From sequence record OL960581: a stretch of 64,000 nt of DNA, one strand, 5' to 3'. Made by a program: the position numbers and the translations under genes. The notes beneath the pieces are model-generated. The model was given only the letters and a program-made list of their open reading frames with translations, had not been told where the DNA came from and searched no databases. Position 1 is the first letter of the stretch. Every line of letters starts with the position of its first letter. The DNA is from Escherichia phage vB_EcoM_SA20RB. This document shows, piece by piece, positions 17,221-24,378 of this stretch.

Positions 17221-17385
17221 TTACTCTTCTTTTTCTTTAGATTCCTCTTTTTTCTTTTTAGGAATCTGTTCAGGACCTTTATTTACTACAGCACCTGACG
17301 TTGTTCCAGTAGAGATATTTTCAGGATTACCACCTGAATCTCCAGCTACCATATCTTCTTTAATAAATTCTTTAAACGTTTTCAT
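17221..17385 (-). CDS. 54-aa disordered peptide with capsid-targeting-like N-terminus (61.1 slot)
   Basis: Hand translation MKTFKEFIKEDMVAGDSGGNPENISTGTTSGAVVNKGPEQIPKKKKEESKEKEE; GAGG RBS; ends 2 nt before the primase ATG. Confidence 0.5.
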   Translation of the reverse strand: MKTFKEFIKEDMVAGDSGGNPENISTGTTSGAVVNKGPEQIPKKKKEESKEKEE

Positions 17386-17397
17386 ATTAGCCTCTAA

Positions 17398-17691
17398 TTA
17401 TTCACCTACCACTTCAGCGATGATATTTTTATTATTAAAGTTTTTATCGCAATACAGAACATAATTATACTGCATTACACCACCAGACTTAAGCTGTTTT
17501 TGCACTTCGGCTTTCATTTCAGGACGATCACGCTCAACGATATTCATAATATCCGCTTCAATTTGAGTTTCAACCTCAGTCTGATCTGCAGTCATAGACC
17601 ATTCACACAAATCTTTGTCATAACCCGCCATAGCAGGCTGAGCAGTACAAGAAGCCAAAGCAAAAATTGCAGCAAAAACAAATTTTTTCAT
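17398..17691 (-). CDS. sp: Spackle periplasmic superinfection-exclusion protein (inhibitor of gp5 lysozyme)
   Basis: 97 aa with signal peptide MKKFVFAAIFALASCTAQPAMAG; matches T4 sp (61.3) in size, slot and recalled sequence. Confidence 0.78.
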   Translation of the reverse strand: MKKFVFAAIFALASCTAQPAMAGYDKDLCEWSMTADQTEVETQIEADIMNIVERDRPEMKAEVQKQLKSGGVMQYNYVLYCDKNFNNKNIIAEVVGE

Positions 17692-17794
17692 GATAATCTC
17701 CTCAGTAGTTTATGTTTACAGTATCTCAATTTTCAACAAAAGTAAACACTAGTAGAAGTAAACAGACAAATTGCAATAATTGGTGATTTCAGTT

Positions 17795-17977
17795 TCATTC
17801 TTCTCCTCCTTCGTGTTGATGAACATATTCTTTTTCAAGTCTAGAGCACAAGTTTTCATATTCAACTAATAAAAATGAATCAAGTGCGTTATTTCTATGC
17901 TGACACCGTTCTTGTAAAGAATCCATCTCTGAACGTTGTTCTTGTGTTAATAATTGATAACCTGATACTTTAGACAT
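17795..17977 (-). CDS. hypothetical small acidic protein
   Basis: 60-aa ORF with its own early promoter upstream. Confidence 0.45.
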   Translation of the reverse strand: MSKVSGYQLLTQEQRSEMDSLQERCQHRNNALDSFLLVEYENLCSRLEKEYVHQHEGGEE

Positions 17978-18006
17978 TTTGTTCTCCGCGATTAGCTGAT
18001 AGAATT

Positions 18007-18036
18007 ACTATAACACAACTCTATCAGCTTGTAAAC
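18007..18036 (-). promoter_or_regulatory. early promoter embedded in a stem-loop
   Basis: GTTTAC, 18 nt, TATAGT; flanked by 9-bp inverted repeat AGCTGATAG/CTATCAGCT. Confidence 0.6.
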
Positions 18037-18038
18037 TA

Positions 18039-18281
18039 CTATTTTACTAGCATCAATAACTGTTTCTCTAACTTGACGATTTTACGAAAGTATCTTTTGC
18101 ATTGGCGAATCTGCCTCTTCGTAGGACGTACAACAAACTTAATAAATTCCACTCGACCAAATGGAGGACTTTCTTCTGCTGGAATATCTAACACCAATTC
18201 CCACGTATCTGCAATAAGTGCTTTGAATTGCGTATTTTTCCTGACTTTATACGGAGTAGGTTTAAATAAAACAATATGCAT
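18039..18281 (-). CDS. small basic protein in the 61.4 slot (possible TifA-like ToxN inhibitor)
   Basis: 80 aa from MHIVLFKPTPYK; ATG 1 nt after the dmd stop, preceded by GAGGA; assignment by position and size only. Confidence 0.4.
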   Translation of the reverse strand: MHIVLFKPTPYKVRKNTQFKALIADTWELVLDIPAEESPPFGRVEFIKFVVRPTKRQIRQCKRYFRKIVKLEKQLLMLVK

Positions 18282-18282
18282 A

Positions 18283-18465
18283 TTATCCTCGGCAATCCAC
18301 TTCGCACACTTTCTTGTCATCAATGAAAGCTTTAACTAATGCTTTATTAACTTCAGCATATTGACTAGTAGCCCATTGAACGTCATCTTTCATCATTGTG
18401 ATTTCTTTAGTAAACATGCTTTCATTCTTAAACCACCCCATAAAAACTACCTTTACCAATTCCAT
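18283..18465 (-). CDS. dmd: Dmd antitoxin (inhibitor of RnlA/LsoA)
   Basis: 60 aa, the T4 Dmd length, directly downstream of gene 41 (61.5 slot). Confidence 0.6.
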   Translation of the reverse strand: MELVKVVFMGWFKNESMFTKEITMMKDDVQWATSQYAEVNKALVKAFIDDKKVCEVDCRG

Positions 18466-18493
18466 AACAATCTCCTCATTTAACCAACAAGAC

Positions 18494-18524
18494 TACTATA
18501 CCATAGTCTTGTCAGCTTGTAAAC
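18494..18524 (-). promoter_or_regulatory. early promoter embedded in a stem-loop, upstream of dmd
   Basis: GTTTAC, 18 nt, TATAGT; 8-bp inverted repeat CAAGACTA/TAGTCTTG around the -10. Confidence 0.6.
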
Positions 18525-19951
18525 TAAAATTTTAATTCATTTGCCAAAGCATCTAACTGAGCTCGAGTGGATTCATTTCTTTGATAACGATTCTGCTCAG
18601 CCTGAATCTGCTGTGAACCTGCTACTTCGTTCACTTCAGTTGGAGTAGAATCTTGTTCAATTTCTACCCATTTCTGATTTCCCTTTTGAACACCCATCAA
18701 AAACTTATTCCATTTGTTCTTATCACCATATCGTGATTTGATTTGCTTAATAAGTTGTTGTTCAGCAGCTGCTAGCTCCTCGGTTTCAATGACCGCAAGC
18801 ATAAAATCGGCTGTTGCTGGAAGACCAGCAGATTCTGCAATATCGCTCATGTTAACATCAGAAGAATCCCAAGCTTGTTTACCAACCTGTGCTGCAGTCC
18901 AAAGAACAGTTTCGGTTTCAACAGCCAGAGCACGCAATTCCTCTGCAATAGCTTTAACAGTTGTGTAACTATTTTCTGAATAAACTCTAATGCGGCAAGA
19001 TTTACAAATACCTAGATAGTCGACAATAATGATTGTTGGAACAAAATTCTTTTTGAGCTTCAATTCATTCAAGAGAGACCTGAATGTGTTAGCATCTGCT
19101 CCGCCAGTAGGATACTGTTTAACGATTAAACGGCCGAGAGTAGATTTCTCACGCCATTTTTCCATTTTTCCTTTATACTCAGCGTAAGAAATATGTCCAT
19201 CATCAATGTCATCAAGAGAAACATCAAGCATATTAGCATCAATACGCTTAGCACAGACTTCTTCTGCCATTTCCATGGAAATATAAAGAACATTATGTCC
19301 GAGCTGTAAATAATCTGCCGCTAATGAACACAATCCTAATGATTTACCGACGTTAACGCCAGCCATTAAAACGTTCAGTGTTCCAGTTTCAGCTCCGCCT
19401 TTCGTAATTTTGTTTAGAATTCTGAGTTTAAATGGAACCTTACGAGCTTTATTCATATAAGATAGCCAACGTGCTTCGTAGTCATCCATCCAATCATGAC
19501 CAACGTAACTATCAAATGAAATTGATAATGCTTGGCGCATGATGTCAGGAATAGCACCAACATCCGGCATTTTCTTATTTCGTTTTTCCGGAGGAAGCTC
19601 AGCATTAGTTTGAATTTCGATTATTTTAGACGTAGCATTAAACATCGCCCTTTGCTGAACATATTTTTCTGTTTCTTTTATTAACCAACTGTGGTCTTCT
19701 GGAGAATCAGCTAGTTTTGAAATAAGTGTTTTTACACCAGAATATTCTGTTTCAGTAAATGAACTATTTTCTAATGCAACATTTAACGCATTAATAGATG
19801 GAACGCTATGGTATTCATTAACATGAGATTTAATTAATTTGAATGTATTTTTAGCTGGACCACTTTCAAAATATTCTGAATCCATATATGGCCAAACTTT
19901 TGAAAAATAAGCTTGATCAAATATGAGATGAGAAAGAATAATTTCTACCAC
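18524..19951 (-). CDS. 41: replicative DnaB-family helicase
   Basis: 475 aa, the T4 gp41 length; Walker A GVNVGKS. Confidence 0.95.
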   Translation of the reverse strand: MVEIILSHLIFDQAYFSKVWPYMDSEYFESGPAKNTFKLIKSHVNEYHSVPSINALNVALENSSFTETEYSGVKTLISKLADSPEDHSWLIKETEKYVQQRAMFNATSKIIEIQTNAELPPEKRNKKMPDVGAIPDIMRQALSISFDSYVGHDWMDDYEARWLSYMNKARKVPFKLRILNKITKGGAETGTLNVLMAGVNVGKSLGLCSLAADYLQLGHNVLYISMEMAEEVCAKRIDANMLDVSLDDIDDGHISYAEYKGKMEKWREKSTLGRLIVKQYPTGGADANTFRSLLNELKLKKNFVPTIIIVDYLGICKSCRIRVYSENSYTTVKAIAEELRALAVETETVLWTAAQVGKQAWDSSDVNMSDIAESAGLPATADFMLAVIETEELAAAEQQLIKQIKSRYGDKNKWNKFLMGVQKGNQKWVEIEQDSTPTEVNEVAGSQQIQAEQNRYQRNESTRAQLDALANELKF

Positions 19952-19960
19952 ACTTACTCC

Positions 19961-20323
19961 TTAAAAGAATTTAAATTTTTTCTTTGACCTTTTATTAAAC
20001 GCATCTTGTAGTTGCATTGTAATACATTTTTCTACATGAGGAGCTAACTCAGCTTTTCTTTCTTGGTCAAGAACAGCAAAGTCCATTACGACTTTTCCAT
20101 CAACCCAATCTAATTTTGTCACATACACAATGTGTGTAGAACCATCTTCTAGTTTAATGACAATCTCCTGGATAACATTTTCCATGGCAGATTTAATTAT
20201 CTTAAGAGATTCATTAAAAAGACGTTCTTTTCTTTCTTCTTCCCCCTCCGAAGAGGGGGATTCATCGATAATTTCTAGATCTAAATCTAAATCATCTTTA
20301 TTCATTAAATTCTTCCATATCAC
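19961..20323 (-). CDS. 40: gp40 head-vertex assembly chaperone
   Basis: 120 aa between uvsX and 41, as in T4. Confidence 0.6.
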   Translation of the reverse strand: MIWKNLMNKDDLDLDLEIIDESPSSEGEEERKERLFNESLKIIKSAMENVIQEIVIKLEDGSTHIVYVTKLDWVDGKVVMDFAVLDQERKAELAPHVEKCITMQLQDAFNKRSKKKFKFF

Positions 20324-21479
20324 TTAACTGATCTAGGTCAGTTTCTAAATCAGCTGCTGATTTACTTTTACTTTCTGGAGATTTAAATTTTTCAACCTTT
20401 GAGTTAATCAATTCATCAACTTCAGCTTCAACAATTTCATTACTATCAATAGCACCTAACTGATAAGCATGTTTAATAGCATCTCGGAATGGTTGATGCT
20501 TAAATAAAGGACCCCAGAATGTAGTGCAGTTGGTATCTTTTGCACGCCAAGATTTTTCTTCGCGAATCATCTCGCCGGTTTCTTCGTCAAGAAATTCACG
20601 AGCATACCAGCCATTTTTAGGTTTTACCACAAATCCTAATTCAAGAGCCATATCTAACAATCCAGAATAAGGATCGATACCACCGTCAAATTTAACATCA
20701 ATAAAGAATTTACTTTTTTCTTTAACGGTACGAGATTTTTCTACATTTAGAACAAATTGATACCCCTGAAGATCAGAACCATCTTTAATCTGGCGCTTAC
20801 CGATAATGAATACAGTATCAGCCGAATACATTACGCCTGTACCACCTGTCATCACGGTTTTACTAAACATTTCAATTGTTTCAATTGTATGGTTAACCGC
20901 AACGCACGGAATGTTTTTAATACTAAAATAAGGAGTAACAATACGGAATAATGACTTCAGTGATTTAGCACGAGTCATATCTGCCACAGATTTTTCATTC
21001 AAGGCATCTTCCGTTTCTTTCTTAGAAGCCATATTACCGATTGAGTCGATGAATACAATAACCTTTTCACCACGCTCAATAGCTTCAAGCTGGTTCACCA
21101 TATCAATTTTCAGTTGTTCAACTGACTGAATTGGTGTATGAATTACTCGTTCCGGGTCAACTCCCATGGATCGCAAATAAGCAGGAGTAATACCAAATTC
21201 GCTATCATAGAATAGACAAACCGCGTCAGGATATTTGTTCAAATACGCCGCAACCATAGTCAAAGACATATTTGATTTAAAGTGTTTAGAAGGACCTGCA
21301 AAAATGGTTAAACCAGACTGCATACCACCATCAATCGCACCAGAAATAGCAATATTAAGCATTGGGATTTTTGTACGGATTACATCCTTTTCATTAAAGA
21401 ATTTAGATGTAGTCAGTTCAGCAGTCATTTTAGAAGTGGAAGCTTTAATCAAACGGGATTTTAAATCTGCAATAGACAT
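20298..21479 (-). CDS. uvsX: UvsX RecA-like recombinase
   Basis: 393 aa; GPSKHFKS Walker A; long identity with recalled T4 UvsX (…FFIDVKFDGGIDPYSGLLDMALELGFVVKPKNGWYAREF…). Confidence 0.95.
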   Translation of the reverse strand: MSIADLKSRLIKASTSKMTAELTTSKFFNEKDVIRTKIPMLNIAISGAIDGGMQSGLTIFAGPSKHFKSNMSLTMVAAYLNKYPDAVCLFYDSEFGITPAYLRSMGVDPERVIHTPIQSVEQLKIDMVNQLEAIERGEKVIVFIDSIGNMASKKETEDALNEKSVADMTRAKSLKSLFRIVTPYFSIKNIPCVAVNHTIETIEMFSKTVMTGGTGVMYSADTVFIIGKRQIKDGSDLQGYQFVLNVEKSRTVKEKSKFFIDVKFDGGIDPYSGLLDMALELGFVVKPKNGWYAREFLDEETGEMIREEKSWRAKDTNCTTFWGPLFKHQPFRDAIKHAYQLGAIDSNEIVEAEVDELINSKVEKFKSPESKSKSAADLETDLDQLSDMEEFNE

Positions 21480-21556
21480 TCATTTTTTCCATAGGCATCA
21501 TTATATTTTCCTCACTGGTTAAAGATAGAGTAATTATAACACAATAAATTTAGGCA

Positions 21557-22405
21557 TTAATCAACTGCTATCGGATGAATAGCATTAAACTTATGAAACG
21601 CTTCTGATTTTTCTTTGCGCGAAACACACATGCGAAGAACCTTTAATGGCTCGTCTTCTTCACCCAACGATTTTCTCTTTTCAATATTCGATGTTTTCCA
21701 ACGAGCTTGCTCTGGAAACTCTCTATTGATTTGCTCAAGAGCTCTATTATGTTTTGAATTACTACGAATTGAACTACATCCGCCAGGAGCTTGCGCTTTT
21801 CCGGATACAACCAGATATTTGAACAAGGCCAAATGCGGATAACCTTGATTAATTAAATTGAGAAATGCATACATATCTTCGCATAAATCAATTTTTCCAT
21901 ACCCAATTTGTTCTGTTGTAAGTTTCCCGAGGTCATACCAAGTATTCGTGAATCCATATGAATTTTCACGATAATTACCCCAAGATGAAGTAATTTTAAA
22001 AATAGGCAGACGAGCATGACCATGATAATACCCGCAATCCATGGCATCTTCAACGTATTGAATCAATTCATAGAACTGTTCACGAGTTAATTGATTAATT
22101 TTATCTACGCAGCGACGATCATCTTTCTTTCGCATTGAACTCATACGAATAGTAGTATCATCATCAATCATCCAAATTCGTTGACCTGCATACATATCAG
22201 TAATTGCTTTACGAGTACCAGCAATTCCATTAACATCATCAGGAATAGTTATAATTTTAGCTCTAGACCCGTAAGCGTCATAATAAGCTTTTTCTTCGTG
22301 TTCACGTACTACAATATGAGGTTCATAATCAGTCGGAAACATATCAAGGGCAGAAACTGCCCCGACACGCTGATAACTTGGAATTACGAATTGAATCATT
22401 TCCAC
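21557..22405 (-). CDS. GT-A-like glycosyltransferase in the beta-gt slot (likely beta-glucosyl-HMC-alpha-glucosyltransferase of T2/T6 type)
   Basis: 282 aa with an IWMIDDD acidic motif; lies between uvsX and 42, where T4 has segA plus the 351-aa beta-gt. Confidence 0.5.
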   Translation of the reverse strand: MEMIQFVIPSYQRVGAVSALDMFPTDYEPHIVVREHEEKAYYDAYGSRAKIITIPDDVNGIAGTRKAITDMYAGQRIWMIDDDTTIRMSSMRKKDDRRCVDKINQLTREQFYELIQYVEDAMDCGYYHGHARLPIFKITSSWGNYRENSYGFTNTWYDLGKLTTEQIGYGKIDLCEDMYAFLNLINQGYPHLALFKYLVVSGKAQAPGGCSSIRSNSKHNRALEQINREFPEQARWKTSNIEKRKSLGEEDEPLKVLRMCVSRKEKSEAFHKFNAIHPIAVD

Positions 22406-23136
22406 TCACCTTTATAATCTTTTTTCACAATATGAGTTTCGCCAGTATTCCACCAATGATCAACCAAGTAAAAATGACGAAAATATACATGAAGACTTCC
22501 AACATTCCATATAATAGAACCTGCTTTATACTGACGAGTTGAATCGCCTGCATTCAAGTCAGATACTAATTTATCTAGTACGTATTTTTGCCATGCATAA
22601 TCATTACGGAATCCGAAGACCACGTCATTTGAACGCATGCTTACTACTGCATTGACTTTCTTATCACGAATCAGGTACTGCACTGTATTAGTACACATGA
22701 AATCTGACATACCATCTTTATTGTAGTCAAACTGCATGGATGGACGAGTATAAATCATGATACCACGCCGAGAATCAGGATTTTGACCAAGTTCAGCTAA
22801 ACACATATCATACTGGGCATAGTTATCTTCTGACCAGATGGCCCAACCATAATTCGAGTTAATTTCGCCTTTAGAAGATGCTACCTGCTGCCAAATCTTT
22901 GGTGTTTCACCCGGAATATCTTTAACAAACAAACTTTTAGATTTATACCATTCAAGTTCACGTTGAATGTATTCATCATTAAGAGCGCCAAAAATAAACG
23001 GTTCATCTGCTACAAATGATGCACCAATAATTTCAATAGTTTTAACACCAGTTTTATCAACTACGAAATCTTTTTCTTTTAATGCAAGCCCCAAATGAAG
23101 ACGGATTTCTTCAACTGTCATAGAGTCACTAATCAT
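22396..23136 (-). CDS. 42: dCMP hydroxymethylase
   Basis: 246 aa, the T4 gp42 length; thymidylate-synthase-like sequence. Confidence 0.92.
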   Translation of the reverse strand: MISDSMTVEEIRLHLGLALKEKDFVVDKTGVKTIEIIGASFVADEPFIFGALNDEYIQRELEWYKSKSLFVKDIPGETPKIWQQVASSKGEINSNYGWAIWSEDNYAQYDMCLAELGQNPDSRRGIMIYTRPSMQFDYNKDGMSDFMCTNTVQYLIRDKKVNAVVSMRSNDVVFGFRNDYAWQKYVLDKLVSDLNAGDSTRQYKAGSIIWNVGSLHVYFRHFYLVDHWWNTGETHIVKKDYKGEWK

Positions 23137-23143
23137 TTAAACC

Positions 23144-23293
23144 TCAATTGATACATTCATATTTAACTTGTAACAGTAATAAACCCCAACCTATAATAAG
23201 TGTCGGAATCATACAAGGAACCGTTACGCTATAGTATATACTTATTATAATCATCAAGATTAAAAGCAATACTGTTAAAATTTTGCTTTTCAT
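23144..23293 (-). CDS. 49-aa hydrophobic peptide (below track cutoff)
   Basis: Hand translation MKSKILTVLLLILMIIISIYYSVTVPCMIPTLIIGWGLLLLQVKYECIN; its ATG overlaps the imm stop (ATGA). Confidence 0.35.
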   Translation of the reverse strand: MKSKILTVLLLILMIIISIYYSVTVPCMIPTLIIGWGLLLLQVKYECIN

Positions 23294-23541
23294 TCCTTCT
23301 CTCTGATGATAATTACTTGATTCGGTTGTGCAGATTTTTTAGTTTCACCCGCAATTGACCAAATAAATGTAATAAACCAACCAATAATTGACCAATTAAA
23401 CAGTAAAGATGTGAAAAAGATTCCTACTGTCGATTTTGACCCACGCATCAAGGCGATGAACCACGGAAGCATGTATATAATAATAGCCAACACGCCTGAA
23501 ACTAAAACCATAAAAATTGAACCTGCTACTAAAGTTTCCAT
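23290..23541 (-). CDS. imm: Imm superinfection immunity membrane protein
   Basis: 83 aa, the T4 Imm length; two TM segments; slot between 43 and 42. Confidence 0.78.
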   Translation of the reverse strand: METLVAGSIFMVLVSGVLAIIIYMLPWFIALMRGSKSTVGIFFTSLLFNWSIIGWFITFIWSIAGETKKSAQPNQVIIIREKE

Positions 23542-23548
23542 GTTTTCC

Positions 23549-23929
23549 TCACTTAGTCAAATTTTTTACACATGAATTATAAGAATTCACTACATACTCC
23601 ATCGGAGCATTTTTACCTGTACGCCATTGGTAATTATTAGCCCAATTAGCCCAAATTTCGGCGCAGTAGTTTTCAATTTTTTCTTCGCGTGTAATTACAT
23701 CCGAATTACGATATGCTTGAGCAGATTCGTCTGGACGAATAGCTTCGTCAAAATTCGCCTGCATTTGTTCTACTGTCTGTTTTGGAGCCTCTTTATAACA
23801 CTTGACGTTAGGATTATAAAATTTGCTTGAACAGTTTACAATTTTTCCTGCATCAGACTGATTTACTACCGGTCCTTGAGCTACACAGCCAGTAAGACCC
23901 AATGTAATAACCAAAATAGCAATTTTCAT
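23549..23929 (-). CDS. putative lipoprotein
   Basis: 126 aa; MKIAILVITLGLTGC lipobox. Confidence 0.55.
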   Translation of the reverse strand: MKIAILVITLGLTGCVAQGPVVNQSDAGKIVNCSSKFYNPNVKCYKEAPKQTVEQMQANFDEAIRPDESAQAYRNSDVITREEKIENYCAEIWANWANNYQWRTGKNAPMEYVVNSYNSCVKNLTK

Positions 23930-23939
23930 AATAATTTCC

Positions 23940-24197
23940 TCAAATACAAGTAGTAATTACTCCAGTAGTGCTTACACAGGTATTACCTAATTGAACACCA
24001 AGCGTTCCATTAGTATTCATATGAAGATTATCATCAATTTTTGTTGATACTTTACCATTCATGTGAATAACAGTATTAGATTCAATCACATTCTGAGTGT
24101 CATTTTCAATATCAATAAATGGAACAGCTGCTAATGCAACTAGAACAACTGCTAATGCAACTAAACACGCTGCTAAACAACCATAAACAATTTTCAT
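23940..24197 (-). CDS. single-pass membrane protein
   Basis: Trimmed to MKIVYGCLAACLVALAVVLVALAAV because the promoter cassette 24191-24280 lies inside the track ORF extension. Confidence 0.5.
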   Translation of the reverse strand: MKIVYGCLAACLVALAVVLVALAAVPFIDIENDTQNVIESNTVIHMNGKVSTKIDDNLHMNTNGTLGVQLGNTCVSTTGVITTCI

Positions 24198-24280
24198 TTT
24201 ATTCTCCAAATCCGTATCAGTTGATAGTTGTATAGTACCATGGAAGAACAGAGATGTAAACCGTTTTGTGAAAAAATTTT
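24191..24280 (-). repeat. early-promoter/leader cassette, copy 1 (50 nt + 25 nt identical to copy 2, 15-nt spacer swapped)
   Basis: ttttcattttattctccaaatccgtatcagttgatagttgtatagtacca [15 nt] gtaaaccgttttgtgaaaaaatttt. Confidence 0.85.
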
Positions 24281-24344
24281 TAATGAATTTACAGGACCTA
24301 GAATCATCTATTTTTCCTAAGTATAGATTTATATTACTTGTATG

Positions 24345-24366
24345 AAAAAGGGACCCGGAGGTCCCT
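24345..24366 (-). terminator. rho-independent terminator after gene 43
   Basis: GGGACC-UCCG-GGUCCC followed by a U5 run. Confidence 0.75.
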
Positions 24367-24378
24367 AGATTTATTCTA

